Positions 18,350-26,793 of a stretch of 64,000 nt of DNA are shown here, in pieces. This DNA comes from an uncultured bacterium. Lineage in GTDB: Bacteria; Omnitrophota; Omnitrophia; Omnitrophales; Aquincolibacteriaceae. The stretch lies in assembly GCA_964434115.1 (NCBI GenBank), contig CAYSSX010000001.1:18197-82196 (forward strand), given 5' to 3'. The first letter of the stretch is position 1. The number at the start of each line of letters is the position of its first letter. The notes beneath the pieces are model-generated. The model was given only the letters and a program-made list of their open reading frames with translations. It made no database searches and had not been told where the DNA came from. The translations under genes were made by a program, and so were the position numbers.

Positions 18350-20067
18350 TCGCGGCTTTTTCAAAAGATCAGATCGCCGAGAAATTAGTACAGACCGGGC
18401 GGGTAACCGCGGAACAGATCCGTGAACTGGCCCCGCAGGCGCTGAAAGAAAAGAAAACCGTTTTTCAGCTTCTCGTGGAACGCGACATTGTGAAAGATGA
18501 TGAAATGATGGAGTTCCTGGGATCCGAGCTGGGCATCCCGACCTTGAACCTCCCGGTTTTTAAAGTTACGAAAGACGTTTTGAAGATGGTTCCGCCCAAA
18601 GTCGCGGACCGGTATCAGGTGCTTCCGCTGGCCCGTATCAAGTATCTCCTGACCGTGGCCACAAGCAATCCCTTTGACCTTCTGATGAGGGATGACCTCA
18701 AGGGACTCACGCGCTGCGATGTCGAACTTGTGCTGGCCACGCCCAAAATGATTGCGCACGCGCTCGACCTGTACTATTCCGAAGGCACGAACCTGGATGA
18801 AATCATTGAAGGGATTGACGAAGACGCGCTGGAAGTGATCCGGGAAGAAAAGACCGACGACAAAGGCGGGGGCGCCGCCGCGGCGGGCAAGGGGGTTGAC
18901 GATGCCCCGGTGGTCCGCATGGTGAATCTGATTCTGGACGGGGCGCTCAGGTCCCGCGCTTCGGACATTCATTTTGAACCCTATGAAAAAGAATTCCGGG
19001 TAAGGTACCGCATTGACGGCGCGCTCCGGGAATCCTTTTCCCACACGCGCGACCTTTACCCCTCGCTGGTGGCGCGCGTGAAAATTATTTCCTCTTTAGA
19101 CATTACGGAAAAGCGGGTGCCTCAGGACGGACGTTTCCGTGTGCGGATGACCGGCAAAGAAGTCGACTTCCGCGTCTCGGTCCTGCCGACGTATTACGGA
19201 GAAAAAATCGTGCTGCGTGTTCTGGATAAAGCCGGACTCAAATCGGGGCTGGATAAATTGGGTTTTACCGAGAAGCCCACTTCGATCATTGGGGAGGCCA
19301 TCAAACATCCTTACGGCATGATGCTGATCACGGGGCCTACGGGAAGCGGTAAATCCACTTCTTTGTATACGATTATGGGCACGCTCAATACTCCGGACCG
19401 GAATATTATGACGATTGAAGATCCGGTGGAGTATCAGGTTGAAGGGATCACGCAGACCCAGGTGTTGTCCGAAGTGGGGCTGACTTTTGCCAGCGGCCTG
19501 AGATCGCTTCTGCGTCAAAGTCCTGACATTGTGCTGGTCGGCGAAATCCGCGACGGAGAGACCGCGGACATTGCCGTGAAAGCCGCTTTGACCGGTCACC
19601 TTGTTTTCAGCACGCTTCACACGAACAGCGCTGCCGGTGCGGTGACGCGTTTGATTGATATGGGAGTGGAACCTTTTTTGATTGCCTCATCGCTGGTGTG
19701 TGTTGCGGCCCAGCGTCTCATGAAACGGGTTTGCCAATTCTGCAAGGCCCCGTATCAGGTCCCTGCGGATGTCCTCAGGCGCTGCAAAATTGACGCGAAA
19801 GAAATTGAGGGTGTCACGGCCTACAAAGGCACGGGCTGCGCCAAATGCAATCAATCCGGTTATTACGGACGGCTCGGGACGATTGAAGTGATGAAAGTGG
19901 ACAGTGAGATCAGAAGTTTGATCATTGCCCGGAAATCAAGCAATGTCATTCATGAAACTGCCGTTAAAAAAGGAATGGAAACACTTTTTGAAAACGCCTT
20001 CGGGCTTTTTAAACAGGGGGTCACGACGCTGGAAGAGGTCCTGCGCGTGACGGCCTCGGACAGGTGA
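18346..20067 (+). CDS. Second PilB / GspE-family secretion ATPase (paralog 2), translationally coupled by an ATGA overlap
   Basis: It has an N-terminal GspII-like domain, Walker A (GPTGSGKSTSL) and a tetracysteine motif (CQFCKA...CAKCNQSG). It is about 45-50% identical to paralog 1 across the ATPase core. Confidence 0.9.
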   Translation: MIAAFSKDQIAEKLVQTGRVTAEQIRELAPQALKEKKTVFQLLVERDIVKDDEMMEFLGSELGIPTLNLPVFKVTKDVLKMVPPKVADRYQVLPLARIKYLLTVATSNPFDLLMRDDLKGLTRCDVELVLATPKMIAHALDLYYSEGTNLDEIIEGIDEDALEVIREEKTDDKGGGAAAAGKGVDDAPVVRMVNLILDGALRSRASDIHFEPYEKEFRVRYRIDGALRESFSHTRDLYPSLVARVKIISSLDITEKRVPQDGRFRVRMTGKEVDFRVSVLPTYYGEKIVLRVLDKAGLKSGLDKLGFTEKPTSIIGEAIKHPYGMMLITGPTGSGKSTSLYTIMGTLNTPDRNIMTIEDPVEYQVEGITQTQVLSEVGLTFASGLRSLLRQSPDIVLVGEIRDGETADIAVKAALTGHLVFSTLHTNSAAGAVTRLIDMGVEPFLIASSLVCVAAQRLMKRVCQFCKAPYQVPADVLRRCKIDAKEIEGVTAYKGTGCAKCNQSGYYGRLGTIEVMKVDSEIRSLIIARKSSNVIHETAVKKGMETLFENAFGLFKQGVTTLEEVLRVTASDR

Positions 20068-20073
20068 TGACTT

Positions 20074-21300
20074 ATGCCAGCGTTTGAATATCTCGTCAAG
20101 GACAAGACCGGGAAGGACCAGACCGGGGTTCAGGAGGCGCCTGATGTAGGAACATTGATCGGCACCCTCCGCTCGCAGGGGTTCATTATCGTCCGGGTGA
20201 CGCAGATCAAAGAGTCCAAGGTCTTCAGCCTGAGTAAGGGGCCGGCCAAGAAAAAAGGCAAAAGCGGCGGGGTCAAACTGGATGACCTTGTGGTGTTTTC
20301 AAGGCAGATGGCCACCTTGGTGTCCGCAGGTATTCCGTTGATTCAGGCTTTGGACATTCTTTCCGAGCAGGTGGAGAAAGAAAGTTTCAAAGTCATCCTT
20401 AAAGAGATGCACCAGGATGTGCAAAGCGGAAAAAGCTTTTCCGAGTCCATGCAGAAACACACCAAGGTTTTTTCCGTCCTGTTTATCAACATGGTTCGGG
20501 CCGGGGAATCGAGCGGAAGCCTGGAGGAAATCCTCGACCGTGTTGCCAATTATTTTGAAAAAACCAGCGCGCTGCAGAAAAAAGTCAAATCGGCCATGAT
20601 GTATCCGATCTCCGTGACTTCGATCGCGTTTCTCATTACTTTCGGCATGATGACTTTTGTGATTCCGAAATTCGCGGAAATTTTTGAAGGCTTGAACGCG
20701 AAGCTTCCCACCATCACCCAAACCCTGATTGATGTCAGCCGTTTTATGGCGGCTAACTGGGTGCTTGTGTTAGGGGGGATCGGGGGAGCGATTTTTGGAT
20801 GGCTTCAGTTCATTAAAACACCTCCCGGCCGGCTGGCCTGGGATTCTTTCTCCATCAAGATGCCGGTTTTTGGCCCCTTGCTTCTAAAAGTCGCGGTCAG
20901 TAAATTTTCCCGAACGCTTGCGACCCTGGTTCGAAGCGGCGTTCCGATTCTCCAGTCTCTTGAAATCGTGGCGCAGACTTCCGGTAACCGGCGCTTGGAA
21001 ATTGTCATTACCTCCCTCATGGAATCGGTTAAAAAGGGGGAAACGATTTCCAGTCAGCTCATCAAAAGCGATGTTTTTCCTCAAATGGTGGTCCGTATGA
21101 TCGCGGTCGGTGAGGAAACCGGTGAAATGGAAGAAATGCTGATGAAAATCGCGGACTTCTATGACACCCAGGTAGACGCGGCTGTGGACGGTTTGACTTC
21201 CCTTATTGAACCTTTGATTATCGTCTTCCTGGGGGTTGTCATCGGCGGTATTGTCATCGCCCTGTTTCTTCCGATTCTTACCATTACCCAGCATATTTAA
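20074..21300 (+). CDS. pilC: Type IV pilus platform protein PilC (GspF family)
   Basis: It has two T2SSF repeats with TM helices (SKGPAKKKGKSGGVKLDDLVVFSRQMATLVSAGIPL...). It is 408 aa. Confidence 0.9.
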   Translation: MPAFEYLVKDKTGKDQTGVQEAPDVGTLIGTLRSQGFIIVRVTQIKESKVFSLSKGPAKKKGKSGGVKLDDLVVFSRQMATLVSAGIPLIQALDILSEQVEKESFKVILKEMHQDVQSGKSFSESMQKHTKVFSVLFINMVRAGESSGSLEEILDRVANYFEKTSALQKKVKSAMMYPISVTSIAFLITFGMMTFVIPKFAEIFEGLNAKLPTITQTLIDVSRFMAANWVLVLGGIGGAIFGWLQFIKTPPGRLAWDSFSIKMPVFGPLLLKVAVSKFSRTLATLVRSGVPILQSLEIVAQTSGNRRLEIVITSLMESVKKGETISSQLIKSDVFPQMVVRMIAVGEETGEMEEMLMKIADFYDTQVDAAVDGLTSLIEPLIIVFLGVVIGGIVIALFLPILTITQHI

Positions 21301-21577
21301 TAGAGAGGGTGTCGCCCGGATAGGTGCTTCCCTTGGTTTTTCGAGCCAAAAAGTCACACAGGGAGTAAAGGCTAAAATATATTTTTCTGTCCCTTTTGTC
21401 AGTTTTTAAGACGTCTCCGGGCTGTAGGCAAGGCGGTATAAGGGATTCGAGTTTTTAAACCCCCTAAAAAATGTATAGGATTAAAATGTATTATAGTTTT
21501 GTGAGAATTTGCCGAAACCAGTTTTGGGTGGTTATACTACTTGTAGTCGCGATGAAATTCTAATGGAGGTGTTAGCG

Positions 21578-22069
21578 ATGTTGAATCAAATCAGAAAGAA
21601 TCAAAAAGGTTTTACGCTCGTTGAAATCATGATTGTAGTTGCGATTATTGGTTTACTTGCCGCGATTGCAATTCCTAACCTGCTGCGCGCCAGAATGAAC
21701 GCAAACGAAGGTGCTATGAAGACCGACCTTCGCGCATTCAGCTCTGCGAATGAAAGCTTTCGCGCAGCCCAGAACCCCCCGCAGTATGCGGCGAACGTTG
21801 CAGCTTTGACCGGTGCGACGCCCCCGTATATTGATGCTTCATGGGGTGCTGCAGGCGGTAAGCATGGCTTTACGCTCGCGTACGCTGGCGGTGGTGCCGG
21901 TAACGCGAACACGTTCTCCATGCTTTCCACCCCGACGGTTGCCAACCAGACGGCTACCAATACCTATTGCGTGGACCAGACGGGTGTTATCGTCGGTTCC
22001 GTGAACGGTGCTGGTGCTCCTGCTGGCGCTGCGACGGGCTGCACGGGTGGTACGGCAATCGCTGGTTAA
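21578..22069 (+). CDS. pilA: Type IVa major pilin (PilA-like prepilin). The start is adjusted to the ATG after the ggagg RBS; the ORF track starts at 21509.
   Basis: It has a class III signal MLNQIRKNQKG|FTLVEIMIVVAIIGLLAAIAIP with Glu5. A C-terminal Cys pair (YCVDQ...TGCTGG) suggests a disulfide loop. The C-terminal third is Gly/Ala/Thr-rich. Confidence 0.85.
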   Translation: MLNQIRKNQKGFTLVEIMIVVAIIGLLAAIAIPNLLRARMNANEGAMKTDLRAFSSANESFRAAQNPPQYAANVAALTGATPPYIDASWGAAGGKHGFTLAYAGGGAGNANTFSMLSTPTVANQTATNTYCVDQTGVIVGSVNGAGAPAGAATGCTGGTAIAG

Positions 22070-22092
22070 GAGCCTTTCGCTTTTGTTTTCAG

Positions 22093-22127
22093 CCCACTCC
22101 GCAGCAATGCGGGGTGGGTTTTTTTTT
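22093..22127 (+). terminator. Rho-independent terminator downstream of the pilin gene
   Basis: CCCACTCCGCA-gcaa-TGCGGGGTGGG forms an 11-bp stem with one U-G wobble. Nine T residues follow. Confidence 0.8.
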
Positions 22128-22176
22128 GAAACCCGCAGGCTAAGCCTTCTTCACGATAAGCCGATAAATACATCCT

Positions 22177-23301
22177 ATGAAAATCTCAGTGCCTTCATTT
22201 GACCTTCAGAAAATCAAAGCCATGATTCCGCAAAAATATCTTCCAGCCGCTTTGCTGGCAGGGCTTTCTCCCAAAGCCGCGCCGAAGGTCACGGGACCGG
22301 TCCGTGTTTTGGCTTGTGATTACGGTGCTTCCAAAATCATTCTCCTTGAAGCCGTCAAAGACGGCGGAAAAATCACGCTGGAGCGTTTTGACCTCATGCC
22401 CCGTTCTGAAGAGCCGGGGAAAGCCGCGGCCCTCATTAAGGAAACAATCCAGAAAGGTTACGGATCGACCCGGGTCAGGGTGTCCGTGAAAGGCCAGAGC
22501 GTCATCGTCCGCTTTGTCCAGTTTCCGAAAATGAAAACCGAAGACCTTCGCAGCGCGATTAACTACGAGGCCGAGAACTACATTCCTTTTAAACTCGATG
22601 AAGTGATCCTCGATTTTTATGTTCTGGAAGAATCCGCTCCCGGGGCGAACGGCGGGGAAATGATGAATGTCCTCCTCATTGCCGTGAAAAAGGAAGAGAT
22701 CTACCCCTTGATCAAGGATTTTCAGGACGCGGAGCTGCAGGTGGAGCTGATCGACATTGACACCCTCGCGGCGATCAATGCCCTGGAGTTTTTGTACCCC
22801 GAAGAATTCAAAAGTTCGGTGGCCCTCATGGACCTTGGAAAAGAGGTTTCAAGCCTGAGCGTGATCCGGGACGGTAAGCCGCGTTTTATCCGGGACATTT
22901 CCTTTGGCGGTATTGATATTCAAAAGCGTCTGCGCCGCAAGCTGGGGCTTAGCCTCGCGGACGCTGAAAAAATCATCGGTCATCTGGACGAAATTTCACC
23001 CGAAGCGCTTCAAGTTCTTAAGGAAGGCTATGAAACCTTGTGCACGGACCTTAAAGTGACCCTCGATTATTACCAGGGGCAGACCCCGGATGGAAAACCT
23101 GTTGAGAAGTTCTTTTTGGCCGGGGGATCGGCGAATCCGAAATGGATGGTTGAAACCTTCAACGCGCATCTCGGGGTTCCGGTGCAGGCCATTGAAGTTC
23201 TCTCAAGAGTTGAATTGGCGCCTGCGATCGATAAGGCTTTGCTGGAAAAGAACCAGAGGCTGCTCGCGGTGGCCCTTGGGCTTTGTCTGAGGCACCCATG
23301 A
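22177..23301 (+). CDS. pilM: Type IV pilus assembly protein PilM (actin-like ATPase fold)
   Basis: It is 374 aa and shows the PilM pattern (VSVKGQSVIVRFVQFPKM...NYEAENYIPF). Confidence 0.9.
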   Translation: MKISVPSFDLQKIKAMIPQKYLPAALLAGLSPKAAPKVTGPVRVLACDYGASKIILLEAVKDGGKITLERFDLMPRSEEPGKAAALIKETIQKGYGSTRVRVSVKGQSVIVRFVQFPKMKTEDLRSAINYEAENYIPFKLDEVILDFYVLEESAPGANGGEMMNVLLIAVKKEEIYPLIKDFQDAELQVELIDIDTLAAINALEFLYPEEFKSSVALMDLGKEVSSLSVIRDGKPRFIRDISFGGIDIQKRLRRKLGLSLADAEKIIGHLDEISPEALQVLKEGYETLCTDLKVTLDYYQGQTPDGKPVEKFFLAGGSANPKWMVETFNAHLGVPVQAIEVLSRVELAPAIDKALLEKNQRLLAVALGLCLRHP

Positions 23302-23879
23302 TTGAGATCAATCTGCTTCCTGAAGAATTCCGGATTAAAGAGAAGGTCCCTCAAAAAGAAGTGCCGGTAGTTAAGATTGCTCTCGGGGCCGTGGTTTTCT
23401 TTGTGCTTCTCAGCATCCTGTTTTATTTCGATTATCTGGGCGCCAAGAACAAGCTTAAGAAAGTCGATGCGCAGTGGAAGCTTGTGCAGCCGCAATCCAA
23501 GACATTGAATGACCTTCAGTCTGAAGTAGAGAATATTTTAAAAACAGAGCGGGATTTTCTTCAGCGCTTTGTGGCTGCAGAGCTGCCTTTGACCAGTGTT
23601 CTTCAATGGCTTTCGGATGCGCTTCCCGAAAATGCCTGGCTGACCAGTGTCCGGCTTGAAAACAACCCGGAAAAACACAGTCTGGTGGTCCGGGGGCTTT
23701 GCCTGCCTTCCAAGAGTCAGTCAAGCATTGAGTTCATTGAAAGTTATCTGCATATCCTGAAAGAGAAGATGCCTGAAACACGGCTTTCCTTGACCACGGC
23801 CCGGCAGGTCCAGGAGCAGGTCGAGGTCACGCAGTTTACGGCCATTTTTGACTGGCCGTCAGCGGGAGGAAAAAAATGA
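23298..23879 (+). CDS. pilN: Type IV pilus assembly protein PilN
   Basis: It begins MIEINLLPEEF, has a single TM helix and a periplasmic coiled-coil. The ATGA start overlaps the pilM stop. Confidence 0.85.
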   Translation: MIEINLLPEEFRIKEKVPQKEVPVVKIALGAVVFFVLLSILFYFDYLGAKNKLKKVDAQWKLVQPQSKTLNDLQSEVENILKTERDFLQRFVAAELPLTSVLQWLSDALPENAWLTSVRLENNPEKHSLVVRGLCLPSKSQSSIEFIESYLHILKEKMPETRLSLTTARQVQEQVEVTQFTAIFDWPSAGGKK

Positions 23880-24481
23880 AGCCGATTAATCAAATGACCA
23901 CCGCGGATCTTCTTGAGCTGGCGCAGAAGATCGATAAAAAGACCTGGATCAAAATCGGTATCGGTTCCGCTGTGGCGCTTATCTTTATCATTTTCATCGT
24001 TTGGCCCGCATGGTTTGAAGGGGCCAAGGTGAAAGGCGAGATTGCCTCGATTGAGAATCAGATTGTCAGGCTTCAAACCCTGAAGCGCAATGAAAAGACC
24101 TGGCTGCAAAATAAAGCGGAGTACAGCCAGTACATCCAGGACGTAAAGGCCCGGCTTTTTTTCCCGGGAGAGGCCTCGCTGCTTTTAGGCAAGATTGCCA
24201 AACTCGCGGATGAAAGCAAGGTTTCGATTATTGCATCCACTCCGAGGGATGCCCAGGCGAATTTCCCCAAGCCGTATGACGCCAGTTTTAAAGCAGACCT
24301 CTACGACTTCACGGTGGAGGGGGGCTATCACGAAATGGCCGCCTTTATCAGCCACATTGAAAACTACCCGCAGATCCTGAGGGTGGAACTTTTTCAATTG
24401 AGTCCTAACGAAGAGAACGCGGCAAAGCACCTTGCGGAGATCACCCTTTCCGCGGTTTCCAAAAAAGAGGGCGTGAAATGA
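23876..24481 (+). CDS. pilO: Type IV pilus assembly protein PilO
   Basis: It has a single TM helix (IGIGSAVALIFIIFIVW), a coiled-coil and a PilO C-domain. It is translationally coupled to its neighbours. Confidence 0.85.
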   Translation: MKPINQMTTADLLELAQKIDKKTWIKIGIGSAVALIFIIFIVWPAWFEGAKVKGEIASIENQIVRLQTLKRNEKTWLQNKAEYSQYIQDVKARLFFPGEASLLLGKIAKLADESKVSIIASTPRDAQANFPKPYDASFKADLYDFTVEGGYHEMAAFISHIENYPQILRVELFQLSPNEENAAKHLAEITLSAVSKKEGVK

Positions 24482-24903
24482 AGATTCTTCTTCAAAAATC
24501 CCAAGAGAAGCCGATCTTTACTGTGGAACGGGCGCGTACCTGGTTTAAGATTCTGGGGATGCTAGTGATTTTGATCAATCTTACTTTTCAGCTAGCATTC
24601 GCAGAAAAAATTCAGTATGATAGCGCCGCTAAACGGGATCCGATGATTCCGCTGATAGGACCCAACGGCCTGATTGCTCAAAAAGCCATGAGGTCTGACT
24701 TCAATATCGAGGGCATCATTCTCGATCCTAAAGGCGGTTCGGTGGTCGTGATCAACGGGGAAGTTTACAAAGCCGGTGATCAGATCAATGAAGCTACGGT
24801 AGTTCAGATCCTTCAGGACCGAATTCTTCTCTCTCAGGACGATGAAGAAAAGACCGTTTGGCTGAGAGAAGAAATCATTAAAAAGGAAACACCCAAAGGA
24901 TGA
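24478..24903 (+). CDS. pilP: Type IV pilus assembly protein PilP-like
   Basis: It has a signal-anchor helix followed by a PilP-like beta domain (RDPMIPL...GIILDPKGGSVVVINGEVYKAGDQI). It sits between pilO and pilQ. Confidence 0.7.
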   Translation: MKILLQKSQEKPIFTVERARTWFKILGMLVILINLTFQLAFAEKIQYDSAAKRDPMIPLIGPNGLIAQKAMRSDFNIEGIILDPKGGSVVVINGEVYKAGDQINEATVVQILQDRILLSQDDEEKTVWLREEIIKKETPKG

Positions 24904-26516
24904 TTTTAAGGTTGCCTCGCTTGGCCTTTTTTAAGCCCCTGGTACTCCCGCTTTTTTCCCTACTCTTTCTGATGCCTTCTGCCTTTGCTCAGCAGCCCGC
25001 GCCTAAAACTGACACGGCTTCAGTTCCCGCGGATGCCTCGCCGTTAACGCCGGTTTCAGACGATGCCAAGAACAATGTCACGCTTGATTTTAAAGAAGCG
25101 GATATCAACACCGTGCTTCGGGTCATGAGCCTGAAAAGCGGCATGAACATTGTGGCTGGACCTGAAGTGCAGGGGAATGTGACCATACGTCTTGAGAATG
25201 TCCATTGGCAGAAGGCGCTTGATGTTCTTCTTCGTACTTATGGCTACGTTTATGAACGCGATGAAAACGTTATCCGCGTGACCACCCGTGATAACCTGGC
25301 GCAGGAACCCTTAGTGACCAAGACCTTTGTTTTGAATTATTCCAAAGCTACGGAAATTCAGGACGCCGTGAAAGACATGCTCACGGAACGCGGGAGAATC
25401 AAGATCGCGGAGCGCGTGAACATGCTCGTGGTGACGGATATTCCGACCAATCTTTACCGCATTGAAGAAGTGGTGGCCAAGCTGGACAAAATTACGGCCC
25501 AGGCCTATATCGATTCCAAGATCGTCAAGACGGCCATGGGTGAGACGGAGAATTTGGGCATTGACTGGAATCTTGATGCAAGAGCTACAGGGTCTTCCAG
25601 GCCGACAACCTTTCCTTTTTCAGACAGCGGACAGGGTGAAAATATCAGCCCTGCATTGCGTCAGTTTTTCCCTTTTGTGAATACCGACCCAGGTACGGCC
25701 GTTGTGAATCCTGGTGACAACAGAAGTTTTCCGGCACCTAAGATCACGGCCACAGGCACATACAGCTACGGCACCCTTGATTTCTCTAGATTCAGTTCAA
25801 TTCTACAGATGCTGCAGTCCCGAACGAACACAAAGGTTGTCTCAAATCCCAGAATTGTGGTTCTCAACAACAATACCGCTGAAATCCAGGTGGGTGTGGA
25901 TTTCCCGATTCCGAAATATGAACGTAATGAAAATACCGGGGTTTTGACGGTCAGCGGCCTTGATTACCGCAAAATCGGCGTTATCCTGGGTGTGACTCCG
26001 CACATCAATTCCGCGGAAGAGATTCTTGTCGAGCTGAAGCCTGAAGTCAGCTCACAGGGCGCCACCATTGATTATGACGATTTGCAGGCAGTATCCTTCA
26101 ATATCACAAAAGCAGTAACGCAAGTTTTGATTCGCAGCGGTGAAACCATTGCGATTGGCGGTTTGTTAACAGATGCAGCTGGAAACGCAGAAAATAAAGT
26201 CCCTTATTTGTCAGAAATACCCCTTGTAGGAAAACTATTCAGATCAAAAAGACAAACAGCAGGAGATTCGAACAGTAAAGCAGAAACACTTTTTTTCATT
26301 ACGGTGACCATGGTGGATACGGAAGGTCAGCCAACGGGTAAAGAGGCGGAAAAAATAAGAAAAAAAATCGGCCAAGATAAAGCCGCACAGGCGTCCGAAG
26401 AAGACGCTGCCGCTCAGCCCGTGAAAAAAGACGAGACGACACAGACGCCCGAGACGGACCCGGCACAAAGCCCGGCCTCTCCGGAAAGTCAAGACACTCA
26501 ACCGGCAGCAGCTTGA
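24900..26516 (+). CDS. pilQ: Type IV pilus secretin PilQ
   Basis: It has a signal peptide, secretin N domains and the secretin C-domain (IPLVGKLFRSKRQT). There is an extra ~75-aa acidic low-complexity C-terminal tail. Confidence 0.9.
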   Translation: MILRLPRLAFFKPLVLPLFSLLFLMPSAFAQQPAPKTDTASVPADASPLTPVSDDAKNNVTLDFKEADINTVLRVMSLKSGMNIVAGPEVQGNVTIRLENVHWQKALDVLLRTYGYVYERDENVIRVTTRDNLAQEPLVTKTFVLNYSKATEIQDAVKDMLTERGRIKIAERVNMLVVTDIPTNLYRIEEVVAKLDKITAQAYIDSKIVKTAMGETENLGIDWNLDARATGSSRPTTFPFSDSGQGENISPALRQFFPFVNTDPGTAVVNPGDNRSFPAPKITATGTYSYGTLDFSRFSSILQMLQSRTNTKVVSNPRIVVLNNNTAEIQVGVDFPIPKYERNENTGVLTVSGLDYRKIGVILGVTPHINSAEEILVELKPEVSSQGATIDYDDLQAVSFNITKAVTQVLIRSGETIAIGGLLTDAAGNAENKVPYLSEIPLVGKLFRSKRQTAGDSNSKAETLFFITVTMVDTEGQPTGKEAEKIRKKIGQDKAAQASEEDAAAQPVKKDETTQTPETDPAQSPASPESQDTQPAAA

Positions 26517-26558
26517 GAAACCCCCTTTCATGAAGCAGACAACTGACATTCAGAAATG

Positions 26559-26596
26559 GAAACTCCAGCCCGCAGACCGCAGTTTCGTCCTTTTTT
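26559..26596 (+). terminator. Possible weak intrinsic terminator after pilQ
   Basis: GGAAACT and AGTTTCG form a 6-bp stem around a 16-nt loop. GTCC and a T6 run follow. Confidence 0.3.
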
Positions 26597-26793
26597 CAGC
26601 CTGACCCGCCTCCGCACTTCCGCCTGACCGCAGACTTGCTGGTTTGCATACGCAAACGCAAGTTGTTCCGGAATCAACAGCCCGCAGTTTTGGTTAAAAT
26701 GCGTCTTGTTATTTGCCGGTCTTATGCGCGGTCGCCCTTCGCAAAGCCCTCTTCCTTCACGGGAACGGCAGCAATAGAAAGGAATAAACAGCA

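Noticed and set aside
16123-26516. The pilus cluster considered as a T2SS or Tad/Flp system instead
   Set aside because: A full pilMNOPQ set and a class III pilin with a long leader indicate a type IVa pilus. There is no GspC/D/G-K set and no TadZ/RcpA/CpaF-type genes.
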